Assembly (NCBI GenBank): GCA_045533475.1 | Contig: JAZSHV010000034.1 | Coordinates: 4,703-68,702 of the forward strand | From: Acutalibacteraceae bacterium | GTDB taxonomy: Bacteria; Bacillota; Clostridia; Oscillospirales; Acutalibacteraceae | Length of the DNA stretch: 64,000 nucleotides | Reading direction: 5' to 3' | In this document: positions 1 through 9,329 of the stretch, one piece after another | Numbering within the stretch: position 1 is the first letter of the stretch | Layout of the letters: each line of letters begins with the position of its first letter | Program-made: the position numbers and the translations under genes | The notes under the pieces: generated by a model | Seen by the model: only the letters and a program-made list of their open reading frames with translations | Database searches by the model: none | What the model was told of the DNA's origin: nothing

Positions 1-1247
1 CCTCTCACAGAGGGCGTGAGGGGAGTGTCGCCATTAATTGTAATATTTCCTTCTTCAGGCTCATAAAGACCGAGAAGAATACGGAAAATAGTACTTTTAC
101 CACTACCCGATTCGCCCGTAAGCGCTGTGATTTTGCCTTTAGGAATTGTAAAGCTACAGTTTTCAAGAATATTTTCATCCTTATATCCAAAGCATACATT
201 TTTAATTTCAATTCCGTTGAACTGTGACTTAATAGAGTCTATTTTGCTTTTCTTAAGTGGCGGCTTATCGTTTTCACCGTTTTCAAGCTCCATAAGGCGC
301 TCTGCCGAGGCAATAGCAGAATAGTATTGAGGAATAACTCCCGAAACATTCTGAAGTGGAGCCTTAAGCTGCTGTACAAGCTGTAAAAATGCCATAAGCG
401 TACCATAGGTTATAGTACCTGCGGCAATTCCGCTAGCGCCCCACACCATAATTGCATAATAGCCTATAGTGAAAAAAACATATAGGCTCAGGTGAGTGAC
501 TGCTGAAATAAGACCTCTTTTCATTTTTAGCCTGTGGTTAAAATTCATATACTGACCAAGCTTTTTTGAAAAAGCGGCTTCGCTTTCAAAGGATTTTAAA
601 ACAACCAGATTTTCAAAGCACTCCTGTGCAAAGGAACGGGTTTTGCCCTCTGCCTGCTGACAGTCCTTATGAAGCATTTTGTATTTGCGGTTTATTATTC
701 TGCCAAGCGCGGGAAAACATATGCCTGCTATAAAGAATAGAATTGCGATACGCCAATCAAGCGCTATCATAGTGGCTATTCCGCCGATAATTTTGGCAAG
801 CATTGAAAAAATATACGGTATTATATTTACGGAGCTTGTAACAATTATATCAATATCAGATGTAAAACGGTTCAGTATATCGCCTGAATGATACTGCGTT
901 ATTTCAGCATATTTTCTTTTGCTTACAGTTGCGAAAAAGCTATTTCTTAAAGAAATTGTAAGCTTAGAGTTTGTATAGGTTTTAAAGATAGCATCTAAAC
1001 CTGCAAAAATCACCTGCAATACAATTATAAAAGCTATTGCTATTATATAGTGAATAAGCTTTCCGTTGCTACTGCCTGTAGCAACGTCAAGTAGCTCTTT
1101 AGAAAGCAGCGCAAGAGCTATGTAGCTCAATGATGTTGCTGCGGCAATTATGGAAATAAAGGCTATTGCAAGGAGATAACGCTTTATATTTCGGTATATC
1201 CAACGCAAGGCCAAACTATTATTTTCATTTTTATTCGATAATTCCAT
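1..1247 (-). CDS. ABC exporter, fused transmembrane + ATP-binding protein (C-terminus lies beyond window edge)
   Basis: The minus-strand frame is open from ATG 1247 to nt 1. It is absent from the ORF track because there is no stop inside the window. My translation starts MELSNKNENNSLALRWIYRNIKRYLLAIAF, has a TM-rich first ~300 aa, then Walker A GESGSGKST at nt 90-116. There is no N-terminal C39 peptidase domain. Confidence 0.85.
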   Translation of the reverse strand, partial: MELSNKNENNSLALRWIYRNIKRYLLAIAFISIIAAATSLSYIALALLSKELLDVATGSSNGKLIHYIIAIAFIIVLQVIFAGLDAIFKTYTNSKLTISLRNSFFATVSKRKYAEITQYHSGDILNRFTSDIDIIVTSSVNIIPYIFSMLAKIIGGIATMIALDWRIAILFFIAGICFPALGRIINRKYKMLHKDCQQAEGKTRSFAQECFENLVVLKSFESEAAFSKKLGQYMNFNHRLKMKRGLISAVTHLSLYVFFTIGYYAIMVWGASGIAAGTITYGTLMAFLQLVQQLKAPLQNVSGVIPQYYSAIASAERLMELENGENDKPPLKKSKIDSIKSQFNGIEIKNVCFGYKDENILENCSFTIPKGKITALTGESGSGKSTIFRILLGLYEPEEGNITINGDTPLTPSVR

Positions 1248-1497
1248 TTTCTTTCATTGTTCTTACAAAAACATCAATATCTCCCAATGCCAAAACTGTT
1301 GAAATATCAAAGTTATTTATTAGCGCATTGAGCATTTCTGCCTTTGTAACATCCTTCTCCTTTAATAAATTCCATAAAAAAACAGCCGACTCGTTAAGAG
1401 TAATAACATTATCCAATTTCAAAGAGTCAACATTTTTTGAAACAACAACCCACTGACCTGAGCGATTTACAAGTTCAAAACCAGACCTAATCTTCAA
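1231..1497 (-). CDS. PqqD-family protein (RiPP-recognition-element-like peptide chaperone), 88 aa
   Basis: Track ORF 1231..1560. The sequence VITLNESAVFLWNLLKEKDVTKAEMLNALINNFDIS..ALGDIDVFVRTMKENGIIE matches the PqqD pattern. I prefer the in-frame TTG at 1497 (GGGGTG 5 nt upstream), because the track start at 1560 is the TTG of a TTGCAA -35 hexamer. The gene overlaps the ABC exporter start by 17 nt. Confidence 0.75.
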   Translation of the reverse strand: MKIRSGFELVNRSGQWVVVSKNVDSLKLDNVITLNESAVFLWNLLKEKDVTKAEMLNALINNFDISTVLALGDIDVFVRTMKENGIIE

Positions 1498-1531
1498 AAT
1501 AACACCCCGTTTGTTAATAAAAGGTAAATTT

Positions 1532-1560
1532 ATTATATACCAAAATAATTTATATTGCAA
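1532..1560 (-). promoter_or_regulatory. sigma-A-type promoter for the PqqD-ABC operon
   Basis: On the minus strand: TTGCAA (1560-1555), 17-nt spacer, TATAAT (1537-1532). It lies about 35 nt upstream of the TTG start at 1497. Confidence 0.6.
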
Positions 1561-1584
1561 GTATAATAGGTTTTAGTGTATAAT
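1555..1584 (+). promoter_or_regulatory. sigma-A-type promoter for the 1628 gene (shares the palindromic -35 hexamer with the divergent promoter)
   Basis: TTGCAA (1555-1560), 18-nt spacer, TATAAT (1579-1584). Confidence 0.45.
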
Positions 1585-1627
1585 AGAATTCAAATAAATT
1601 ATATTATTTTTTTGAGGGAGATATGCT

Positions 1628-2137
1628 ATGGATACTTTTTTTGAGCAAATAACTTCAATGAAAAAGAGCGGAAAGGAAATTGCGGCAATAATCGGAATAT
1701 GGTTTTTGGCGTTTATAATTTGCGGTTTTCTTATTCTTTTTCCGATTTTGGGAAGCTTTGGTATTCTTATTGTATGCGGTGTGCTTTTTGGTGCGTTTAA
1801 GCTTTCAGCCTTTTTTAATGTTGAATATGAGTATATTATAACCAACGGAACCTTAGATATTGATAAGATTACTAACAGAAGCTCACGCAAGAGGATTCTA
1901 AGTCTTGAGCTTTCAACCGTTTCCCGACTTGAGAAGTTTAATTCTCATCAGCTTAACGGTATTGATGCAAAGGCGGTAGTAATTGCTTGCAATACTAATG
2001 ACGGTGAGGCTTATTTCCTTGTAGCCGAGCGAGAGAAGAAGGGAAGCGCATATCTTGTGTTTGCACCAGACGAGCGTTTGCGTTCTGCAATGGTAAAGTT
2101 TATTCCTAAGTTCATTGCAAACAGCGCATTTAAATAA
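1628..2137 (+). CDS. hypothetical membrane protein (two predicted TM helices plus a soluble C-terminal domain)
   Basis: GAGGGAG Shine-Dalgarno upstream of ATG 1628. Hydrophobic stretch IAAIIGIWFLAFIICGFLILFPILGSFGILIVCGVLFGAF. I recognise no family by eye. Confidence 0.7.
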   Translation: MDTFFEQITSMKKSGKEIAAIIGIWFLAFIICGFLILFPILGSFGILIVCGVLFGAFKLSAFFNVEYEYIITNGTLDIDKITNRSSRKRILSLELSTVSRLEKFNSHQLNGIDAKAVVIACNTNDGEAYFLVAEREKKGSAYLVFAPDERLRSAMVKFIPKFIANSAFK

Positions 2138-2157
2138 TGATAAGAGGAGCGTCGCAT

Positions 2158-3609
2158 ATGCAGGTGTTGACTAAGACCTTAATTAAAGAGTCAGAGGAAA
2201 ATGCTGTTAGCAGCGGCGTTTTTTCTTACAGAGAGTTAATGTATAATGCAGGAGTAAAGGCAAGCAAGGTCATTTGTGATATTACGCCGATTACTAATAA
2301 AAGAATAGCAGTAGTATGCGGAAACGGCAATAACGGGGGTGACGGCTTTGTTATTGCGCGCAGGCTTTATGAGCTTGGCGGTGATGTTGCAGTAACTACA
2401 CCTTTAGGGTTGCCGACTACCGAGGACGCAAAATATTATTATAATTTGCTTCCTGCTGAAATTATTAAGCCAGAAGTGCAGTATAACGATTATGACATTA
2501 TAATAGATGCTATTTTCGGTATAGGTCTTAACCGTGCTACGTCAGAAGAAATTTGCAGTGTTTTTGAAAGTATTAATAAAGCTTCTGCTATTAAAATTTC
2601 GGTTGATATACCAAGCGGTGTTGAGTGTGACAGCGGAACGGTATTTACAAAGGCTGTTGCATCGGACTATACTATTACTTTTATAGCATTAAAGCCTTGT
2701 TTTTTGTTGCCTGACGGTTCGGATTACTGCGGTGAGGTTACGGTTGCGGATATAGGTGTAGAGCCTGTAGGCTTTGAATACAGTATAATAGAAAAACCGC
2801 TTTTTAAAAAGCGCAAGCATAATTCGCATAAAGGAAATTATGGCACAGCTTTAATTGTTTGCGGAAGCTACGGAATGGCAGGCGCGGCAATTTTAGCAAC
2901 AAAGGCGGCACTTAGAAGCGGACTTGGAATTGCAAAATGTATTATTCCCGAAACTATTTACGCCCCCTTTACGGCATCGGTTCCTGAGGCGGTATGTGTA
3001 CCTGTAAAGCAGGCGGTAAACAGTAATACAGTAAGCTCTGATATTGATATTTTACATAGCATTGAGGGTTGCAAGGCAATTTTGTTCGGTTGTGGCTCGG
3101 GCAAAAGTGAGGATAGTGAAAAAATTCTCACTGAACTTATTTGTAATAGCGAAATTCCCCTTGTGATTGATGCTGACGGAATAAATCTGCTATCCGAGCG
3201 CATAGAATTATTAAAGAAAGCTAAGGCTCCGATAATAATCACACCTCATCCAGGCGAAATGGCAAGACTGTGTGAAAAATCGGTAGAGGAAATAGAGCGT
3301 AACAGGGTAAAGCTTGCAAGAGAAGTTGCCTGTGAATATGGTTGTACGGTAGTGCTTAAGGGCGCTAATACAATTGTGGCAGAGCAGAATGGCAATATTA
3401 GCTTTAATGTTACAGGTAATCCCGGTATGGCAAAAGGCGGGAGCGGTGATGTTTTGGCAGGTATTATGGTTTCGCTTATTGCTCAGGGATTTAACACGGT
3501 TAATGCGGCAAAAGCGGCGGTTTATATTCACGGTGAGGCAGGGGATAAAGCCGCAAAACGCAAGGGTGAAAGGGCAATGCTTCCGTCTGACATAATTGAG
3601 GAGCTTTAA
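2158..3609 (+). CDS. nnr: bifunctional NAD(P)H-hydrate repair enzyme (epimerase + ADP-dependent dehydratase, YjeF family)
   Basis: N-terminal motif VVCGNGNNGGDGFV and C-terminal GNPGMAKGGSGDVLAG. I moved the start to ATG 2158 (GAGGAG upstream) from the track start 2137. Confidence 0.9.
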   Translation: MQVLTKTLIKESEENAVSSGVFSYRELMYNAGVKASKVICDITPITNKRIAVVCGNGNNGGDGFVIARRLYELGGDVAVTTPLGLPTTEDAKYYYNLLPAEIIKPEVQYNDYDIIIDAIFGIGLNRATSEEICSVFESINKASAIKISVDIPSGVECDSGTVFTKAVASDYTITFIALKPCFLLPDGSDYCGEVTVADIGVEPVGFEYSIIEKPLFKKRKHNSHKGNYGTALIVCGSYGMAGAAILATKAALRSGLGIAKCIIPETIYAPFTASVPEAVCVPVKQAVNSNTVSSDIDILHSIEGCKAILFGCGSGKSEDSEKILTELICNSEIPLVIDADGINLLSERIELLKKAKAPIIITPHPGEMARLCEKSVEEIERNRVKLAREVACEYGCTVVLKGANTIVAEQNGNISFNVTGNPGMAKGGSGDVLAGIMVSLIAQGFNTVNAAKAAVYIHGEAGDKAAKRKGERAMLPSDIIEEL

Positions 3610-3634
3610 TCTGCTTTCGGAAAGGGTTCTCTGC

Positions 3635-4135
3635 TTGAAAAGGGCAGCTTATTTAATTATTTTTTCAGCCTTAATTTTTATTTCAGGATGTAATACTAAG
3701 GGCTCCGATGTGACCGCAATCACAACGGGGCTTGAATTTACTGCAACAGCAAATACAGAAAACGGCGAAAACATATTTAATGTAAAAATCTCTGGTGAGA
3801 ATCAGGCGGAGATAACCGTTATGGACAATGAAAAGGAGCTTTTTACCGCTTTTATTGACGGTGAAAATGTATGCCTTAAATATTTTGAGCTTGAAAAAGA
3901 AACCTCGGTTAAAGCACTCCCCTACGGTTCGTTTATTGATATAATTTACAGTACATTGTGTGATGTAAAGCCTGACACTGCGCTTAAATACCAAAATGAG
4001 CAGTATTATATTGACGGTGAGACCGAGAACGGTTATAGCTATAAAATATTTTTCGGTGCTACGGGACTTCCGTTTTGCATTGAGGAAACCAATCAAAAAA
4101 TTACTATTAATCTCAAAAATGTAACAAGCTTTTAA
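3635..4135 (+). CDS. hypothetical lipoprotein
   Basis: Signal peptide with lipobox LIFISGC. I prefer the in-frame TTG 3635, preceded by GGAAAGGG. The track start 3596 overlaps the nnr end. Confidence 0.65.
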   Translation: MKRAAYLIIFSALIFISGCNTKGSDVTAITTGLEFTATANTENGENIFNVKISGENQAEITVMDNEKELFTAFIDGENVCLKYFELEKETSVKALPYGSFIDIIYSTLCDVKPDTALKYQNEQYYIDGETENGYSYKIFFGATGLPFCIEETNQKITINLKNVTSF

Positions 4136-4163
4136 AGAAATAGGATTTAAAGCCTTGCCGATA

Positions 4164-4192
4164 TTGACAATAAAAGCATAAGACATTATAAT
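4164..4192 (+). promoter_or_regulatory. sigma-A-type promoter for typA
   Basis: TTGACA (4164-4169), 17-nt spacer, TATAAT (4187-4192). Confidence 0.6.
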
Positions 4193-4226
4193 AAATAAGA
4201 TATACAATTTATAAGGAAGTAATAGA

Positions 4227-6050
4227 ATGGCAAAAATTGAGAATTTAAGAAATGTTGCAATAATCGCCCATGTTGACCACGGTAAGACAACACTTGTTGA
4301 CCAGTTGTTGCGTCAAAGCGGAACCTTTCGCGATAATGAAACAGTTAACGAGCGTGTAATGGACTCCAATGACCTTGAGCGTGAGCGCGGAATAACAATT
4401 CTTTCTAAGAATACAAGCGTTATGTACGGCGATGTTAAAATAAATATAGTTGACACTCCCGGACACGCCGATTTCGGCGGTGAGGTTGAACGTATTCTAC
4501 AGATGGTTGACGGTGTGCTCTTGCTGGTTGACGCTTTTGAGGGCTGTATGCCTCAGACTCGTTTTGTTCTTAAAAAAGCGCTTGCTTTAGGTAAAAAGGC
4601 GGTTGTAGTTGTTAATAAGATTGACCGTCCTATGGCTCGCCCTCACGAGGTTGTGGACGAGGTGCTTGATTTGTTTATCGAGCTTGGCGCAGACGAAGAC
4701 CAGATAGAATTTCCTGTTATTTTTGCTTCGGGTAGAGACGGATATGCAACCTACTCTCCCGATGTTGAGGGCAAGGATATGAAACCCTTGTTTGATGCTA
4801 TTGTTAAGGAGATTGATCCGCCCCAGGGAGATGTGGACGGTCCTTTACAGATACTTTTCTCAAATATTGAATATGATGATTACCTTGGCAGAATAGGTGT
4901 TGGAAGGGTTATCCGCGGAAACGTTAAGGTGGGACAGACTGTTGCGCTATGCCATAAGGACGGTAGTTCTTCAAATGTTAAGATTGCCAAGCTCTTTATG
5001 TACAGAGGTCTTAAAAGATACGAGGAGGAAAGCGCTAAGGTTGGCGATATAATTCAGGTTGCGGGAATTTCTACACTTGAAATAGGCGAAACTGCCTGTG
5101 CGGTTGACTGTATTGATGCGCTACCCTTTGTAAAGATAGACGAGCCTACTCTTGCAATGAATTTTATGGTAAACAACTCTCCCTTTGCAGGTAAGGACGG
5201 TAAGTTTGTAACCTCGCGTAACATCCGTGACCGTTTATTCAAAGAGGTTATGACCAATGTGAGTCTGAGGGTTGAGGAAACCGATTCTGCTGATACCTTT
5301 AAGGTTTCAGGCAGAGGCGAATTGCACCTTTCGATACTTATTGAAACTATGCGCCGTCAAGGGTATGAATTTCAGGTATCTCCCCCTGAGGTTATTTATA
5401 AAAGGGATGCCGACGGTACACTTTTAGAGCCTATTGAGCTTCTTATGATAGAGGTGCCTGAGGAATATGTAGGAACGGTTATGGAGCGTCTCGGAACACG
5501 CAAGGCTGAGATTAAGAATATGGGTACACGCGAGGGCGGAACATCACACCTTGAGTTTACCATTCCCGCAAGAGGTCTTTTAGGCTACCGTTCACAGTTC
5601 CTTACCGATACTAACGGTAACGGTATTATGAATCATGTTTTTGATAGCTATCAGCCATATAAGGGTGATATTGACCAGCGCTCTACAGGTTCAATTATTG
5701 CTCACGAACAGGGCGAGGCTACGGGATACGGTCTATTTAACACTCAGAGCAGAGGAAGGCTCTTTATAGGTCCCGGTACTCCTGTATATGAGGGAATGAT
5801 TGTGGGCGAAAACCCGAAAAATGATGATATTGTTTGCAATGTCTGCAAGAAAAAGCAGATGACAAATACCCGTGCTTCGGGCTCGGACGATGCTTTAAGG
5901 CTTGTTCCTCATTCGAGACTTAGTTTAGAGCAATCGCTTGAGTTCATTAAGAATGACGAGCTTGTTGAAATCACTCCTAACAATATAAGACTTCGCAAGC
6001 GCATACTTAATAAGGAAGAAAGAATGAAGGCAGAGTCGAAGAAAAAGTAA
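4227..6050 (+). CDS. typA: translational GTPase TypA/BipA
   Basis: G-domain motifs [17 protein letters not shown] and NKID. Length (607 aa) and overall sequence are typical of BipA. Confidence 0.97.
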   Translation: MAKIENLRNVAIIAHVDHGKTTLVDQLLRQSGTFRDNETVNERVMDSNDLERERGITILSKNTSVMYGDVKINIVDTPGHADFGGEVERILQMVDGVLLLVDAFEGCMPQTRFVLKKALALGKKAVVVVNKIDRPMARPHEVVDEVLDLFIELGADEDQIEFPVIFASGRDGYATYSPDVEGKDMKPLFDAIVKEIDPPQGDVDGPLQILFSNIEYDDYLGRIGVGRVIRGNVKVGQTVALCHKDGSSSNVKIAKLFMYRGLKRYEEESAKVGDIIQVAGISTLEIGETACAVDCIDALPFVKIDEPTLAMNFMVNNSPFAGKDGKFVTSRNIRDRLFKEVMTNVSLRVEETDSADTFKVSGRGELHLSILIETMRRQGYEFQVSPPEVIYKRDADGTLLEPIELLMIEVPEEYVGTVMERLGTRKAEIKNMGTREGGTSHLEFTIPARGLLGYRSQFLTDTNGNGIMNHVFDSYQPYKGDIDQRSTGSIIAHEQGEATGYGLFNTQSRGRLFIGPGTPVYEGMIVGENPKNDDIVCNVCKKKQMTNTRASGSDDALRLVPHSRLSLEQSLEFIKNDELVEITPNNIRLRKRILNKEERMKAESKKK

Positions 6051-6970
6051 TGAAATATATAATTCTTGATTTAGAGTGGGACAGTATGTTTTTCCAAAAG
6101 GAAAAGCGCTTTATAAACCACATTCTGCAAATAGGTGCAGTACGGCTTGACAGCGAGTTTAATACGATTGCTACCTTTGAGGCTACAATTAAATCGGAGC
6201 TTTCCAACAGGGTTTCAAGCCGTTTTGCTAAGCTTACGGGTATAACCTCTGAAAAGATGCGGGCAGGTATTCCCTTTAGCCAAGCGGTTGAGGAGTATAA
6301 CCGTTTTGCTAATGGGGCTCAGGTTACTATGACCTGGAGTAACTCTGACCTTTACACAATAATAGAAAACGAAGAATATTTACTGCAAAACGGTGTGAAA
6401 TTTAGTTTTAGAGGGTATCTTGACCTGCAAAAATTGGTTCAGAGTGAGCTTAAAAATCACGGGTATGACAGTAAGAATCAAATTTCCCTTGAGGCGGCGG
6501 CTCAGCTTATGAATATTAACACTGAGGAGTATGAGCTACATACCGCACTTGATGACTGCCTTGTTTGCGCTGAGCTTTTCAAGCTTTGCTATAACAAGCA
6601 AAAATTTGACACCCTTTTAAAGGACACAAGCTCTCCTGATTTTTATGCAAGGCTAAGGTTTAAACCCTATGCTATATCTGATATACACGACCGAAATATT
6701 AATAGGTCGGAGCTTGTGTTTAATTGTCCAAAGTGTAAGGGCGAAACGCAGAAAATAGGAGCTTGGAAATATCGCAACCGTTGGTTTGTGACCGATTTTA
6801 AGTGCAAAAAATGCAAGTTCAGGTTTAGCGGCAGAGTTGCCTTTAAGAAGACCTTTGACGATATTCAGGTTAAACACAAGGTCTGTGAATATAAGCCGAA
6901 AAAGAAGGTAAAAAATGAAATGCAATCTGTGCCCGAGGCAATGCAATGCGCTGAGAACGGAAATTTATAA
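6050..6970 (+). CDS. DEDDh-type 3'-5' exonuclease (KapD/ERI-1-like) with a C-terminal CxxC..CxxC zinc ribbon
   Basis: Motifs ILDLEWD, WSNSDL and HTALDD, with C-terminal CPKCKGE...CKKCKF. The ATG overlaps the typA stop (TAATG). Confidence 0.8.
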   Translation: MKYIILDLEWDSMFFQKEKRFINHILQIGAVRLDSEFNTIATFEATIKSELSNRVSSRFAKLTGITSEKMRAGIPFSQAVEEYNRFANGAQVTMTWSNSDLYTIIENEEYLLQNGVKFSFRGYLDLQKLVQSELKNHGYDSKNQISLEAAAQLMNINTEEYELHTALDDCLVCAELFKLCYNKQKFDTLLKDTSSPDFYARLRFKPYAISDIHDRNINRSELVFNCPKCKGETQKIGAWKYRNRWFVTDFKCKKCKFRFSGRVAFKKTFDDIQVKHKVCEYKPKKKVKNEMQSVPEAMQCAENGNL

Positions 6971-7790
6971 TAAAGACGGATTTTGCAAAATGCCTTTGCT
7001 GCCTAAGGTAGCAAGGGCTGCTTTGCATTTTTGGGAAGAGCCTGTGATAAGCGGCAGTAATGGCTCAGGAACGGTATTTTTCAGCGGTTGCAGTCTTTCT
7101 TGTGTGTATTGCCAAAATTACGGTATTTCTCACGGAGGTGAGGGTAAGGCAGTAAGCTATGAGAGGTTGGCTTATATATTCCGTGAGCTTGAAGTCAAGG
7201 GAGCGCACAATATAAATCTTGTAAGTCCCACACATTATGCGCTTGCAATTAAAAGGGCTCTTGAAATATATAAGCCTAAAATTCCTGTGATTTATAATTC
7301 GGGCGGTTATGATTCTGTAAATACATTAAAGCTTTTAGAAAATTATGTTGATATTTTTCTTATGGATATGAAATATGTTACAAGCGAAAGAGCAGAGAAA
7401 TATTCTCTTGCAGGCAATTATCCCGAAATTGCGAAAGCCGCATTAAAGGAATGTTACCGTCAAAAGCCAAGGTGTGTAATAGAGGACGGAATTATGAAAA
7501 AAGGAGTAATTGTGAGACATCTTTTGCTTCCGCAGGCAACAAAAGAGGCTATGGCGGTTTTTGATTGGGTAAGAGAAAATATGGGAGATTCATATTTTAG
7601 CATTATGAGTCAGTATCTGCCTTTGGGGAAGGCAACAGAAATGCCGATAATTAACCGCAAGGTGACCGCTCGCGAATACGAAAAGGTTATTGATTACATA
7701 AGTGAATTTGATTTTCCAAATGTTTTTATTCAGGAAAGAAAAAGCGCTGATAAGGGCTTTATCCCTGATTTTGATTTTACGGGTGTATAA
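6915..7790 (+). CDS. radical SAM protein, PflX-like (homolog of pyruvate formate-lyase activase, function unknown)
   Basis: CxxxCxxC motif CSLSCVYCQN and N-terminal CNLCPRQC. GAAGG Shine-Dalgarno before ATG 6915. It overlaps the exonuclease ORF by 56 nt. Confidence 0.85.
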   Translation: MKCNLCPRQCNALRTEIYNKDGFCKMPLLPKVARAALHFWEEPVISGSNGSGTVFFSGCSLSCVYCQNYGISHGGEGKAVSYERLAYIFRELEVKGAHNINLVSPTHYALAIKRALEIYKPKIPVIYNSGGYDSVNTLKLLENYVDIFLMDMKYVTSERAEKYSLAGNYPEIAKAALKECYRQKPRCVIEDGIMKKGVIVRHLLLPQATKEAMAVFDWVRENMGDSYFSIMSQYLPLGKATEMPIINRKVTAREYEKVIDYISEFDFPNVFIQERKSADKGFIPDFDFTGV

Positions 7791-7791
7791 A

Positions 7792-7843
7792 AATAATTCC
7801 GAAAGCTGAGAAGATATAATTTCTTCCGGCTTTCGGAATTATT
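7792..7843. terminator. bidirectional intrinsic terminator between convergent pflX-like gene and malQ
   Basis: Perfect 15-bp arms AATAATTCCGAAAGC / GCTTTCGGAATTATT around a 22-nt loop that has its own GAAGA/TCTTC pairing. Confidence 0.7.
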
Positions 7844-9329
7844 AATTTCTGCTATGTGTCAGCCTCAGTATCGTTTCGGCGAGCTTGTCAGAAAGCTGTT
7901 CTTCGGTAAACCGCCATTCCCAGTTGCCTTTACCGCTCCCAGGTGAGTTCATTCTGTCTGCGCTTGGAAGCTCAAGATAGTCCTGTAAAGGTATTATTAC
8001 CGTTTTGGCACGGGATTTCATACCAAAGGCAATAAGGCTTAGCACCGCTGAACCGCTTTTATCGGCAGGAACAAGCTTTGAAAACAAAAGCCGCTCTTTT
8101 TTTGTGGCGGTTTCATACCAGCCTACGGTTGTATCGTTATCGTGAGTGCCGGTATAGCAAATGCAATTTTGATTAAAATTTTTTGGTAAAAAAGGGTCTT
8201 TCAGGTCAGAATCAAAGGCAAATTGTAAAACCTTCATATTTGGAAAGCCTGTGTCTGATATTAGACGGTCTACCTCCTCGGTTTCACCGCCTAAATCCTC
8301 GGCAAATATTTCGGTTCCCCTAATTAGAGGTATGACCTCGCTCCAGAAATGCATTCCAACGCCTTTTTCCCATTTCCCGCTTTTGGCATTTGGGGCACCG
8401 TAGGGTATAGTGTAATAGTCGGCAAATGCCCTGAAATGATCTATTCGTATAACATCGTAAAGTCGGGCATTGTGGAGAAGTCGCATTTTCCACCAGCTGT
8501 AATCGGTCTTTTTATGAAAGCTCCAATCATAGATGGGATTCCCCCAAAGCTGTCCCTCGCTTGAAAAAATATCGGGAGGAACACCTGCTACGAGTATCGG
8601 TGTCATATCGCGCCCTAAGCTAAAGCAATCGGGATTGCTCCAAACATCCGCGCTGTCAAGAGAAACATAAAAGGGTATATCGCCTATAAGCTTAATACCG
8701 CTTTTTGAGGCATACTGCTTAAGGCTGAAATACTGACTGTAAAAAAGGAATTGCGTTATCTCGTAAAACAGGATTTCCTCAGGGTGCGTCTCCTCAAAAA
8801 GTTCTAATGTTTCGGGGAAACGGTATTTAAGGGAGTCCTCCCATTGGTTGAATGGCGCACCGCCGTAGCTATCCTTGATTGCCATAAAAAGAGCGTAATC
8901 ACGCAGCCAATAGCTGTTTTCTTTTCTAAAACTTATAAAACTACTGTCTGAAGCATTGAAATTTTCTGCCGCCTTTTTAAGTAACGGCAGCTTGAATTTT
9001 TTAACTGCGCTATAGTCTGTATTTTTGGGAAAGTCCTTTTTTGGAATATCCCCCTCTGAAAGTAAGCCTGAATAGATTAATTCATCTATATCTATATAAA
9101 GAATCTCTCCTGCAAAGGCGCTCGGCGAGCTATAGGGTGAGTTGCCTTTTCCAATTGGAACAAGGGGCAAAAGCTGCCAATAGGTCTGATTGGTTTTGCA
9201 TAGAAAGTCTATAAAATCTCTCGCCTTAGCGCCTAAAGAGCCAATCCCGTAAGCTGACGGCAACGAGGAAAGCGCCAGCAAAATACCGCTGGTGCGTTTG
9301 TATTTAGTAAATCTACCCCTTAACCGCAC
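7842..9329 (-). CDS. malQ: 4-alpha-glucanotransferase (amylomaltase, GH77)
   Basis: N-terminus SGILLALSSLPSAYGIGSLG and overall GH77-like sequence. GTG start overlaps the end of the upstream permease. Confidence 0.93.
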   Translation of the reverse strand: MRLRGRFTKYKRTSGILLALSSLPSAYGIGSLGAKARDFIDFLCKTNQTYWQLLPLVPIGKGNSPYSSPSAFAGEILYIDIDELIYSGLLSEGDIPKKDFPKNTDYSAVKKFKLPLLKKAAENFNASDSSFISFRKENSYWLRDYALFMAIKDSYGGAPFNQWEDSLKYRFPETLELFEETHPEEILFYEITQFLFYSQYFSLKQYASKSGIKLIGDIPFYVSLDSADVWSNPDCFSLGRDMTPILVAGVPPDIFSSEGQLWGNPIYDWSFHKKTDYSWWKMRLLHNARLYDVIRIDHFRAFADYYTIPYGAPNAKSGKWEKGVGMHFWSEVIPLIRGTEIFAEDLGGETEEVDRLISDTGFPNMKVLQFAFDSDLKDPFLPKNFNQNCICYTGTHDNDTTVGWYETATKKERLLFSKLVPADKSGSAVLSLIAFGMKSRAKTVIIPLQDYLELPSADRMNSPGSGKGNWEWRFTEEQLSDKLAETILRLTHSRN

